Source: SAR202 cluster bacterium AG-426-M11 (GTDB taxonomy: Bacteria > Chloroflexota > Dehalococcoidia > Lucifugimonadales > UBA826). Taken from it: 64,000 nt of DNA. The position numbers and the translations under genes are program-made. Position 1 is the stretch's first letter, and the number at the start of each line of letters is the position of its first letter. The notes under the pieces were generated by a model that saw nothing but the letters and a program-made list of their open reading frames with translations, did no database searches and was not told where the DNA came from. Where the stretch lies: the NCBI GenBank assembly GCA_003213095.1, contig QCNV01000003.1, forward strand, positions 3,470 through 67,469, given 5' to 3'. Of the stretch, positions 47,391 to 56,305 are shown one piece after another.

Positions 47391-47599
47391 GAAAAATCCT
47401 TTATTTTATTTCAATAAATTATCTAGGACAATTCTACTACCTAACTTGCCATCATTCTAGACACTACACAATTATTGCACTAATCATTTTTTTTGTGACG
47501 AGTATGAATACTCAAAAAAAACAAGTAAAACCACCTGTACGTAGATTTGTTGATAATCAACAGCCTTTAAACTATAGTTTTTTCATAATTCATCATTGA

Positions 47600-48046
47600 T
47601 TGGGTAATAATTTGACTGAATACAGCGAAAAATTTAAATACACAGTTAGGGTAAGATGGAGCGAATGTGACGTTCAGGGTGTTGTTTACTACGGAACTTA
47701 CCTAGACTACATTCACGTAGTGATGGATGAGTATTTCCGAGATATGGGCTTTCTGTTAATGATGGAGGAGGAAAGAAAAATACTTGATTTAGCTGCAGTA
47801 AAAGTTTCTCTAGAGTACAAACATTCTGCACGAATTGACGATTTAGTCGATCTTAGATTCGCAATTACTAAAATAGGAAATACCAGTGTTACCACATCAA
47901 TAAATTTTTATCGCACTTCTGACCAAAAACTTTTAACCACAGGTGAAGTTATATATGTTAACTTTGACTCTGAATCAGGAGAAGCAAAACCTGTTCCTCA
48001 AAAAATTAGACAAATAGTTAATGAATACGAAGGAACAAATTTCTAA
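47600..48046 (+). CDS. hotdog-fold acyl-CoA thioesterase (YbgC/4HBT family)
   Basis: VRVRWSECDVQGVVYYGTYLDY matches the V.VR.EDTD..G.V....Y signature. TTG start. Confidence 0.8.
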   Translation: MGNNLTEYSEKFKYTVRVRWSECDVQGVVYYGTYLDYIHVVMDEYFRDMGFLLMMEEERKILDLAAVKVSLEYKHSARIDDLVDLRFAITKIGNTSVTTSINFYRTSDQKLLTTGEVIYVNFDSESGEAKPVPQKIRQIVNEYEGTNF

Positions 48047-48058
48047 ACAGGAGTACAA

Positions 48059-48586
48059 ATGTCTGAAAAACAATACAGTCAAGCACCAAAAATGGAAATA
48101 GATCCAACAAAAAAATATCAAGCAATTATTGAACTTGAAAAAGGGGGAACAATTACTATTGATCTTTTGGCTGCTGAAGCACCAAAAACAGTAAATAATT
48201 TCATTTTCTTGTCTCGTGACGGATATTACAACGGAGTTACCTTTCACAGAGTAATTCCTGGATTCATGGCCCAAGGCGGAGACCCCACAGGAACTGGAAT
48301 GGGAGGGCCTGGATATACATTTGACGATGAATTTCACCCCAATGCTAGGCATGATTCTCCTGGCATATTGTCAATGGCAAATGCAGGAACAAGAAACGGA
48401 ATGGGAACAAATGGAAGTCAATTTTTTATTACTTTTGTACCTACTCCACATCTAGATAACGCTCACTCAGTTTTTGGTAAAGTGGTAGATGGAATGGATA
48501 TAGTTTTGGGGATTTCCGAAAGAGACCCAGGGTCTTCTAAAACACCTGGAGATGCAATTAAGTCAATATCTATTTCTGAATCTTAA
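48059..48586 (+). CDS. cyclophilin-type peptidyl-prolyl isomerase
   Basis: [37 protein letters not shown] and FGKVVDGMD. Confidence 0.9.
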   Translation: MSEKQYSQAPKMEIDPTKKYQAIIELEKGGTITIDLLAAEAPKTVNNFIFLSRDGYYNGVTFHRVIPGFMAQGGDPTGTGMGGPGYTFDDEFHPNARHDSPGILSMANAGTRNGMGTNGSQFFITFVPTPHLDNAHSVFGKVVDGMDIVLGISERDPGSSKTPGDAIKSISISES

Positions 48587-49399
48587 TCACTCAAATTCAG
48601 TCCCAGAAAAATTCACCCCATTAGTATCTGCAGCTAAAAACAGAGTTCCTTTAAGTTTGGAATTTGTAAAATCTGCAAACGTTAAATCAGCACCTTCAAA
48701 ATCTGAAAAGTCTAAAATTGATTCAGTAAAATCAGACATTTGAAAACTGGAAGATTTAAAGACACATCTTTTTAAATCTGATCTTTGGAAATTTACATGA
48801 TCAAATCTACAGTTTATAAATTCAACTCCTTCAGAATTGATATCTGATAACTCAGATCTCGAAAAATCACATTGATTCATGTGTGAACCTGTAAGAACAC
48901 ATGAATTCATCTTAACTTGATTAAAAGTAGTTTGATTCAGATTTACATTTCTAATTCTAGCAAGAGTAAAATCAGATTTAGAAAAATCAGACATACTTAA
49001 ATCTGCACCTCTTAAATTCACATTAACTAATGAAGAATCAAGAATTGATGCTCCACCCGATATAAACGATCCACTCAAATTAGAGTTAGTCAAATCAACT
49101 TTAAAAAATTCTGCCCCATACATCACTGCATCCATCAAATAACATGAGCTCAAGTCTGAAAAAGAAATCCTTGATTGGCGTAAATTAATCTGAGCCCAAT
49201 TAGATTCTGAAGCTTTTATATTATTTAATTTGGCTCCACTTAAATTTGCACCACGGAAATTAGTGCCTCTTAGATCAGAATTTGACAAATCAGCACCAGT
49301 TAAAACAATTCTACTCAAATTTAACCCACTTAAATCTATAGAATCTAGAGGGATACCCTCTTTATACATTTCTAAAACTTCTTGTTTATTTAATACCAT
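48587..49399 (-). CDS. pentapeptide-repeat protein
   Basis: Continuous A(D/N)LSx pentads over about 250 aa (e.g. GADLSNSDLRGTNFRGANLSGAKL). Confidence 0.85.
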   Translation of the reverse strand: MVLNKQEVLEMYKEGIPLDSIDLSGLNLSRIVLTGADLSNSDLRGTNFRGANLSGAKLNNIKASESNWAQINLRQSRISFSDLSSCYLMDAVMYGAEFFKVDLTNSNLSGSFISGGASILDSSLVNVNLRGADLSMSDFSKSDFTLARIRNVNLNQTTFNQVKMNSCVLTGSHMNQCDFSRSELSDINSEGVEFINCRFDHVNFQRSDLKRCVFKSSSFQMSDFTESILDFSDFEGADLTFADFTNSKLKGTLFLAADTNGVNFSGTEFE

Positions 49400-49503
49400 A
49401 AAAAATATCTTACAAAATAGGTGAGTACGAATTAAAATATCATGATGCGATTAATTTTTACTACCCATTTTTTTTTAAAAAACCTCATATTACAAAGTTT
49501 TAA

Positions 49504-50889
49504 ATGATCAAAACTTTAATTTACAACCTATGGTCCAGAAAAAATGGGTACAAAGATTTATTGTGGATAGCTTATCCACTGATTCTTAGTACAAGTGCTT
49601 TCACCATTCAGGTTTTCGTAGATAGAATGTTTCTGTCTTGGTACTCTCCTCAAGCTTTAGCTGCAGCACTTCCTACTGGTGTTTTGAGCTTCAACATTGT
49701 GAGTTTTTTCATGGGAACTTCTCAATATGTAGGAACATTTGTTGCTCAATACGTTGGGGCAAAATCTCCTGAAAAAATAGGGAATATTCTTTGGCAAGGC
49801 ATATACTTTTCAGCTATAGGAGGATTGATCTTAATAACTCTTTCTTTTTTTTCGGAAACAATTTTCAATTTCATCGGACATGATCCGTTAGTCAGAGAAG
49901 AACAATTTAAGTATTGGAGATTCTTAACAATAGCTGGAATTTTTCAAATTCAACTCGGAGCATTAACTTCCTTTTTTAGCGGACGAAATAAAACATATCC
50001 GATCATGTGGGCAAGCTTTGCAGCAACATTTGTAAACATTGGTCTAAATTATTGCTTAATATTTGGTAATTTTGGATTCCCAGAAATGGGAATTTCAGGA
50101 GCGGGATTATCTACTATAGTTGCAACAATAACAAATGTAACAATTCTGTCTTATTTAATATTTAAACCAAAAAACAATACTAAATATCAAGTAATTTCAT
50201 CGTTTCATTTCAACCGCAAAAGTTTTTATCGATTGATAAAATTTGGAATGCCAAATGGATTCACATTCTTTTTAAATATGACAGTTTTCAGCATATTTGT
50301 GTTACTAATAGGCAGAATCGGAATTATCGAATTAGCAGCAACTAACATAGCTATGAATGTCGCGATGCTAGCATTTATGCCCATGGTTGGACTAGGAATA
50401 GCTGTGATGGTATCTGTTGGACAAGCTATTGGAGCAAAAACTCCGGATTTAGCTAAAAGAGCTACTTATTCCGGACTTCAAATCTCATGGATTTATTTAA
50501 GTTTTTTATCCATATTTTATATATTTTTCCCACAAGTTTTGGTCTTCCCATTTGAATCAAATGCTTCTTCTGAAAATTTCAACGAAATTGCTGATTTAAC
50601 TAAAAATATTCTTAAACTAGTTGCACTATGGTCATTTTTTGATGCTTTAGGCATCATGATTTCTTCAGGTTTAAAAGGGGCTGGTGATACGAAATTTATT
50701 ATGTTGTCCGTAGGAGTAATCGGAACTTTTGTTGCGGCAATACCAGTTTATATAGTGCTAGAAATATTTTCTATGGGTATATACGCAGCATTCATAAATG
50801 GGACAATTTTTCTTGCAGTATTAGGTATCACATACTTAATAAGATTCAGAAATGGAAAATGGGAAAATATGAGAGTGATAGAAAACTAA
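49504..50889 (+). CDS. MATE-family efflux transporter
   Basis: 461 aa with 12 TM helices and the two-lobe MATE pattern (AYPLILSTSAF...VDRMFLS; second-half LIKFGMPNGF). Confidence 0.85.
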   Translation: MIKTLIYNLWSRKNGYKDLLWIAYPLILSTSAFTIQVFVDRMFLSWYSPQALAAALPTGVLSFNIVSFFMGTSQYVGTFVAQYVGAKSPEKIGNILWQGIYFSAIGGLILITLSFFSETIFNFIGHDPLVREEQFKYWRFLTIAGIFQIQLGALTSFFSGRNKTYPIMWASFAATFVNIGLNYCLIFGNFGFPEMGISGAGLSTIVATITNVTILSYLIFKPKNNTKYQVISSFHFNRKSFYRLIKFGMPNGFTFFLNMTVFSIFVLLIGRIGIIELAATNIAMNVAMLAFMPMVGLGIAVMVSVGQAIGAKTPDLAKRATYSGLQISWIYLSFLSIFYIFFPQVLVFPFESNASSENFNEIADLTKNILKLVALWSFFDALGIMISSGLKGAGDTKFIMLSVGVIGTFVAAIPVYIVLEIFSMGIYAAFINGTIFLAVLGITYLIRFRNGKWENMRVIEN

Positions 50890-50923
50890 AGTAATTAATA
50901 AATTGAGTTCAATATAAAAAAGC

Positions 50924-51328
50924 TTACAAATTTTCTCTCTTAAGATTCAAAGAAGCAGAATTAATGCAATACCTCAAACCTGTTGGAGGAGGCCCATCTG
51001 GAAAAACATGTCCCAAATGCGCACCACAGTTCTTGCAAGTCACCTCAGTTCTAATCATGCCATACGAAGTATCGGTTTCTTCAACTATATTTTTTAAATC
51101 AAGTGCGTCAAAAAAACTAGGCCATCCACACATAGAATCGAATTTAGTATCAGAAGAAAACAACTCAATTCCACAACATATACATTTATAAACACCAGAA
51201 TCAGTTACATTCCAATATTCTCCGGTAAAAGCACGCTCAGTTGCCTTATTTCTTGTAACTTCATATTGAATTGGAGTAAGAATACTTTTGTAGTCTTCGT
51301 CTGATAATGGATGTTGCTTCCCTGACAT
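50924..51328 (-). CDS. msrB: methionine-(R)-sulfoxide reductase B
   Basis: Two CxxC Zn knuckles (CICCG, CKNCG), GWPSF, and [10 protein letters not shown]...RYCINS with the catalytic Cys. Confidence 0.9.
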   Translation of the reverse strand: MSGKQHPLSDEDYKSILTPIQYEVTRNKATERAFTGEYWNVTDSGVYKCICCGIELFSSDTKFDSMCGWPSFFDALDLKNIVEETDTSYGMIRTEVTCKNCGAHLGHVFPDGPPPTGLRYCINSASLNLKRENL

Positions 51329-51351
51329 TTAAAGTTCACACCTCATACTCT

Positions 51352-52434
51352 TCATTTATCATATTTATACACTTTTTCTCTTAACATTGGAATTAAATCT
51401 TTCCCCCAATATTTTGCATCATCAATTGGATCAAATCCTCTGATTAATAATGTAGATGCTCCTAATTTATAATATTCAAGTAATGCGTCCGAGACTTGGT
51501 CAGCTGTTCCTACCAATGCTGTTGAATTCCCAGTTCCTCCTGTCGCTGCAGCAATTGGCATAAATAACCTCTGGTCAAGTACTTCACCACGTTTTGCAAA
51601 ATCAACTAATCTCTGTGAACCTGTAGCAGAAACTGCAGAAATATTAGAGTTAGTTTTAGGATCAACAGATTCCAAAACAGAATACGCTCGATCCCATGCC
51701 TCAGCTTCTGTATCAGCAACAATAGGACGAGTGGAAACTGAAAATCTTATTTCATCAGGGTTTCTGCCTGATTTTTTTGCTCTTAATCTAAAATCATCAA
51801 TCTTTTTTTCTACCTCTGCTAAGGGTTCTCCAAAAGTAGCATAAACATCACATTCTCTAGACCCAACATTTAATGCCGCTTCTGAAGATCCTCCAAAATA
51901 AATGGGAATTCTAGGTTGTTGGTAACATTTAATTGAACTTACAGCATTTCTGAACTGATAATGAATCCCATTGAAGTCAAAGGGTGAGTCTTCTGTCCAA
52001 ATTCTTTTTAAAATGTACATAAACTCACCAGATCTATCATATCTTGAAGATTTATCTAAATAATCTCCATCCATCATTTGCTGATCATCTGATCCACCTG
52101 AAATAATATGTATAGCAATTCTTCCGTTTGTTAACTGATCAAATGTAGCTGCCTTTCTAGCTAGAACAGTAGGACTAACAAAACCAGGACGATGTGCGAT
52201 CAAAAATCCTACCTTTTTTGTATGAGCAGCTGCATGCATTGCTACTATAAAACCATCGGCTGAATTTGAAGAATAACCGACTAAAACTTTGTCAAAACCA
52301 CTATCATCGTGTGCTTTAGCAAAATTTATTACGTGATCTCCGTCAATACCAGAACCAATTACACTGACCTGACTTTTGGATGATACGTTTTTCTCAGGCG
52401 CCGCACCAATCATTCCTATAATTTCTAAACTCAT
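51352..52434 (-). CDS. LLM-class flavin-dependent monooxygenase, SsuD/SfnG-like
   Basis: Luciferase-like barrel pattern (GFLIAHRPGFVSPTVLARKAATFDQLTNGRIAIHIISGG; YDRSGEF..ILK.IWTE; PIYFGGSSEAA). GGGGAGG SD. msrB follows 23 nt downstream. Confidence 0.8.
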   Translation of the reverse strand: MSLEIIGMIGAAPEKNVSSKSQVSVIGSGIDGDHVINFAKAHDDSGFDKVLVGYSSNSADGFIVAMHAAAHTKKVGFLIAHRPGFVSPTVLARKAATFDQLTNGRIAIHIISGGSDDQQMMDGDYLDKSSRYDRSGEFMYILKRIWTEDSPFDFNGIHYQFRNAVSSIKCYQQPRIPIYFGGSSEAALNVGSRECDVYATFGEPLAEVEKKIDDFRLRAKKSGRNPDEIRFSVSTRPIVADTEAEAWDRAYSVLESVDPKTNSNISAVSATGSQRLVDFAKRGEVLDQRLFMPIAAATGGTGNSTALVGTADQVSDALLEYYKLGASTLLIRGFDPIDDAKYWGKDLIPMLREKVYKYDK

Positions 52435-52446
52435 TTTTACCTCCCC

Positions 52447-52482
52447 AAAAAAAAAGGCCCCACCCTTTAAAAGAGTGGGGCC
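52447..52482 (-). terminator. strong intrinsic terminator inside the 5' leader of the LLM-msrB operon (attenuator)
   Basis: Minus strand GGCCCCACUCUU-UUA-AAGGGUGGGGCC forms 10-12 bp followed by U9, ending 5 nt before the GGGGAGG SD. Confidence 0.65.
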
Positions 52483-52499
52483 ATTAATTAACTAACTAG

Positions 52500-52580
52500 C
52501 TAATATTCCCACCTGTTTTGATGACAACAACAGCTACAAATAAATTGCTGAGGACATTCAATTGTGAGAATTTTTAACAT
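52500..52580 (-). CDS. polycysteine leader peptide (26 aa: MLKILTIECPQQFICSCCCHQNRWEY)
   Basis: ATG 52580 to TAG 52500. Five TGT codons, including TGT-AGC-TGT-TGT-TGT (52538..52524). No SD, and the ATG sits 7 nt after a -10 box, so it may be leaderless. Confidence 0.55.
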   Translation of the reverse strand: MLKILTIECPQQFICSCCCHQNRWEY

Positions 52581-52586
52581 GATGGG

Positions 52587-52614
52587 ATAATATACAAATC
52601 TTCACGATTGTCAA
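52587..52614 (-). promoter_or_regulatory. candidate promoter driving the leader peptide/LLM operon
   Basis: Minus strand TTGACA (52614..52609), a 16-nt spacer, then TATTAT (52592..52587). The predicted +1 coincides with the A of the uORF ATG. Confidence 0.5.
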
Positions 52615-52635
52615 ATTTTTTCAGGAGCATTTAAT

Positions 52636-53151
52636 ATGAAAAAAGTCTCTACACTTATTCTTGCTAGCCCATTTCCACAATCATCTTCAGAAAAAATTGC
52701 ACGTCAATTAGAAGCATCATTGAGTACGGATTGGACTTTTGAAGAAATTGATTTATCCACCCTACCTGCAGATGATTTACTCTTAAGAACCAAAACTCCT
52801 AGTGAAAAATTTAATCATTCAATTAAAAAAATTATAAATTCAGATCTGATAATTATTGCTACACCAACTTATAGAGCTACTTATACAGGATTACTAAAGG
52901 TTTTTTTTGATCTATTACCTCAAGATTGCCTAAAGGGAAAAACCAGTATGCTTATTCAAACTGGCGGTAGCCCAGATCATTTTCTATCTATCGAAATGGG
53001 TTTAGTACCATTAGTAAGAAGCTTGGGATCAAATATAATTTCTCAAACTATTTATGCATCGCCTTTAGATTGGGACAAAAGCGGGGAAATTAGCATTGAA
53101 TTATCTTCAAAAATTTCTTCAGCCTCTATCGAAATCCAAAAACAAATTTGA
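52636..53151 (+). CDS. NAD(P)H-dependent FMN reductase (SsuE/MsuE-like)
   Basis: Flavodoxin-like pattern (LIIIATPTYRATYTGLLKVFFDLLP). Divergent from the LLM monooxygenase. AGGAG SD. Confidence 0.7.
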   Translation: MKKVSTLILASPFPQSSSEKIARQLEASLSTDWTFEEIDLSTLPADDLLLRTKTPSEKFNHSIKKIINSDLIIIATPTYRATYTGLLKVFFDLLPQDCLKGKTSMLIQTGGSPDHFLSIEMGLVPLVRSLGSNIISQTIYASPLDWDKSGEISIELSSKISSASIEIQKQI

Positions 53152-54048
53152 TCAAATAATCCCTAATTTTTTACACATTTCCAACATTTCTATCGCGGTT
53201 TTTTCATGAGCAATATCAACCATTCCTCCCTGAAAATTCACCGCAGCTCCACCCTCTGATCTAACTTGATCCATAGCAGAAACTAAATATTGCCACTCCT
53301 CTATCTCTTGTCTCGATGGAGTAAAAACGTCATTAACTATAGGAACATGAGATGGATGAATCACCGTCATGCCTGTATAACCAATATTACGAGATTGTAT
53401 TGCAAAATTTCTTAATCCATCATAATCATTAATATCTTGCCATAAACCTGTGACTGGATATTGAATTCCAGCAGCTTTCGAATCTAATAAAACCTTAGAT
53501 CTCAAATATAAAGTTTCTTGTCCGCCTGGAGTCCATCTGTACCCTACGGCTCTAGCAATATCACCTCCTCTACCTCCAGCGGCACCCATATGAGCAATCC
53601 TTTTAGATGAAACTGCTATTTCATATGCAAACCTAAGAGCAAAAGCAGTCTCTAATCCAGGATCAATAAATATAGACCCTTGAGATAGCCCCTTTTTTTC
53701 TTCTTCAAGACTCAACATTTCATCTAATTGTTTTACATCATCTAAACTTTTCACCATGGGTAAAGTGATTCCATATAATCCTTTCTGAACTACATAACTA
53801 ACATCATCTTGAGTAAGGCCACTACCAATTTCATTCACTCGCACAAATACGGATACTCCAGTAAGAGAAATTTCTTCAATTAAATTGGAAGCAATTTTTC
53901 TAGCTTTACTTTTTTCATCTAAAGGAACTGAATCTTCAATATCTAAAATCAAAGCATCAGAGCCATACTTAGGTGCTTTTCTAATCCAGTCTTCTTTATT
54001 AGCAGGAACATACATTAGTGTTCTAAGCGGTTTTGGAAGATTTTGCAT
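53152..54048 (-). CDS. CitE/HpcH-family acyl-CoA lyase (citryl-/malyl-CoA lyase-like)
   Basis: LMYVPANKEDWIRKAPKYGSDALILDIEDSVP, plus later IDPGLET and IHPSHV segments typical of CitE-like lyases. Confidence 0.8.
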   Translation of the reverse strand: MQNLPKPLRTLMYVPANKEDWIRKAPKYGSDALILDIEDSVPLDEKSKARKIASNLIEEISLTGVSVFVRVNEIGSGLTQDDVSYVVQKGLYGITLPMVKSLDDVKQLDEMLSLEEEKKGLSQGSIFIDPGLETAFALRFAYEIAVSSKRIAHMGAAGGRGGDIARAVGYRWTPGGQETLYLRSKVLLDSKAAGIQYPVTGLWQDINDYDGLRNFAIQSRNIGYTGMTVIHPSHVPIVNDVFTPSRQEIEEWQYLVSAMDQVRSEGGAAVNFQGGMVDIAHEKTAIEMLEMCKKLGII

Positions 54049-54050
54049 AT

Positions 54051-55286
54051 TTAAATTACTCCATCATTTTTTAATTGATTTATAGTTTCTAAATCTAGAT
54101 TGAGCAATTTCCGAAAGATTTCTTCATTATGCATTCCTAAAGTTGGAGCTCCATCTGAATCGGGAAGTTCTACGCCTGAAAATTTTACTGGAAAACCTGT
54201 AGAAATCCCCGGAACAGAATCTTTAAAAGCAGCATTTTTCATATTTCTTAGTGTTCCCCTATCCCAATAATGTTGATCTTTAATAACTTCTTCTACTGAT
54301 CTTACTGGCCCACAGGGAATACCACCATTTTCTAATCGCTCTAAAGCTTCAGATCTAGTGAATTTTGATAGAATTTGCTGAATTGAAGCTACAGCTTTAT
54401 TTATATTTTTGTTTCTGGCAAAAAAAGTAGAAAATTCAGGATTTTCTACTAATTCAGGAGCATTTAGAGCTTTAGATAAATTTGCCCATTGATCATCACT
54501 AGCTGCAGTAATAGTTATTTCTCCATCTTTAGTTGTAAAGTTACCAGAAGGACTTCCTCTAAGAATATTTCCCATTCTTACCGGCTCTCCATTCATAAGG
54601 TCTTCTTCCAAAGTGTCCATCATGATTAAAGAAGTCAAAGTATCCATCATTGAAACATCTAAATATTGACCTTGGCCTGTTTTTTCCTTCTGTCTTAAGG
54701 CAGCTAATATCGAATAACAAGCAAATAATGGAGTTACTAAATCTCCAATTAAAAAACCAACTTTTGTAGGAGGACCATCAGTAAATCCATTAATGTCCAT
54801 CAAACCACTCATTCCTTGAATCTGTGGATCTTGAGCTCTTTTTTTAGAATAAGGTCCAGTTTGACCATATCCAGAAATGGATGCGTAAATTATTTCTGGA
54901 TTTTCTTTTACAACATCTTCATAACCCAAGCCTAATCTCTTCATAGCGCCGGGAGCTAAATTTTCTACCAAAACATCGCTTTCTTTTGCTAACTCCAAAA
55001 ACATTTGCTTACCTTTTGGATTTTTCAAATTTAATGTAATGCTTTTTAAACCTTCAGATCTTTTAATAAATCTAGTAGATAAATGATTATCAGATTCTTG
55101 ATTTTCAAAATAACCATCCGGAGTTACAAAAGGACCATTTTGTCTAGTTGGGTCTCCAAATTCAGGAACTTCTACTTTAATAGATTCTGCCCCTAATCTT
55201 GCTAAATTAAGAAGAGTGTAAGGCCCAGCCAAAAAAACGGTAACACCCAAAACTCTTATATCTCCTAGCAAAGAATCTTTGTTCAA
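54051..55286 (-). CDS. class III (CaiB/BaiF/Frc-family) CoA-transferase
   Basis: LGDIRVLGVTVFLAGPYTLLNLARLGAESIKVE, VLVENLAPGAMKRLGLGYE, and an interlocked-dimer family length of 411 aa. Confidence 0.85.
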   Translation of the reverse strand: MNKDSLLGDIRVLGVTVFLAGPYTLLNLARLGAESIKVEVPEFGDPTRQNGPFVTPDGYFENQESDNHLSTRFIKRSEGLKSITLNLKNPKGKQMFLELAKESDVLVENLAPGAMKRLGLGYEDVVKENPEIIYASISGYGQTGPYSKKRAQDPQIQGMSGLMDINGFTDGPPTKVGFLIGDLVTPLFACYSILAALRQKEKTGQGQYLDVSMMDTLTSLIMMDTLEEDLMNGEPVRMGNILRGSPSGNFTTKDGEITITAASDDQWANLSKALNAPELVENPEFSTFFARNKNINKAVASIQQILSKFTRSEALERLENGGIPCGPVRSVEEVIKDQHYWDRGTLRNMKNAAFKDSVPGISTGFPVKFSGVELPDSDGAPTLGMHNEEIFRKLLNLDLETINQLKNDGVI

Positions 55287-55386
55287 AATTTTCTCCCGTA
55301 TGATTTTTAATTATTTTATGTATGATATTGCAAAATTGTAGAATTTAATCAACTTTTTCTATCTATTACAAATTCAGGGGCATGCA

Positions 55387-56304
55387 ATGAAAATAGTTTT
55401 AATAGGTCAAGCTGCATTTGCAAAAGATACTTTATCAGCTTTGATAGAGCACAATGAAAATATTGTAGGTGTTTTTTGTCCCCCAGATAAAGATCCTACT
55501 AAACCTGATCCACTCAAATCTTTTTCTTTAGAACACTCAATTGAAGTTTTTCAATACAACAGAATGAGATCAGCAGAAGCAATCAATGCATTCAAAAAAC
55601 TGCAACCAGATTTATGTGTCATGGCGTTTGTAACTGACATTATTCCAAACGAAATTCTGGAGTACCCAAACTTTGGAACTATTCAATACCATCCATCTCT
55701 ACTCCCAAAACATCGAGGCCCCAGCTCTATTAACTGGCCCATTATCAAAGGAGAGAACTTCACAGGATTAAGCATATTTTGGCCCGATGAAGGATTAGAC
55801 ACTGGACCAATTTTGCTACAAAAACAAGTTGAAATTGAAAAAAATGATACTTTAGGTACTTTATACTTCACCAAATTATACCCTCTAGGAATCGAAGCGA
55901 TAATAGAATCTGTCGATTTAGTTAGATCAGGTAAAGCACCTAAAACTCCCCAAAACCATGAATTAGCTACTTACGAAGGTTGGTGTAAATCTGAAAATGG
56001 AAAAATTGACTGGAATGCAGATAAAAATGCTATTTTTAATCTCATCAGAGGTTGTGATCCAAGCCCAGGAGCAAATACAAATTTTGGAAGTCACATAGTA
56101 TCTTTATTTGATGCAACCATTCAAGATTACAATCCTGGCTTAAAACCAGGAACTATAAATCAAATTAAAAGCGATCAATTTTCTATAGCTGTCAACAATG
56201 GAAATATTAACATTTCAAGGGTAAAGGTTGACTCAGGTAAAAAAATTAATAGTGGTGATTTTATTAAAAACATGAATATTTCAGAAGGAAATACCTTTAA
56301 CTAA
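55387..56304 (+). CDS. formyltransferase-family protein (Fmt paralogue)
   Basis: MKIVLIGQAAFA, MAFVTDIIPNEIL, YHPSLLPKHRGPSSINWPII, PDEGLDTGPILLQ, plus an Fmt-like C-terminal domain. Confidence 0.75.
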   Translation: MKIVLIGQAAFAKDTLSALIEHNENIVGVFCPPDKDPTKPDPLKSFSLEHSIEVFQYNRMRSAEAINAFKKLQPDLCVMAFVTDIIPNEILEYPNFGTIQYHPSLLPKHRGPSSINWPIIKGENFTGLSIFWPDEGLDTGPILLQKQVEIEKNDTLGTLYFTKLYPLGIEAIIESVDLVRSGKAPKTPQNHELATYEGWCKSENGKIDWNADKNAIFNLIRGCDPSPGANTNFGSHIVSLFDATIQDYNPGLKPGTINQIKSDQFSIAVNNGNINISRVKVDSGKKINSGDFIKNMNISEGNTFN

Positions 56305-56305
56305 T

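Noticed and set aside
47487-47521. The T8-hairpin-A8 element read as an intrinsic terminator for the coiled-coil or thioesterase genes.
   Set aside because: On both strands the U-run precedes the hairpin rather than following it. The stem is only 5-6 bp and AT-rich, and no gene ends nearby in the right orientation.
52435-52614. A known riboswitch class (FMN/RFN, SAM-II/SAM-V, TPP) in the leader of the LLM-msrB operon.
   Set aside because: I could not recognise the conserved cores of these riboswitches in the roughly 135-nt leader. The Cys-rich uORF plus terminator explains the architecture better. A covariance-model scan (Rfam/Infernal) would be needed to exclude a riboswitch formally.
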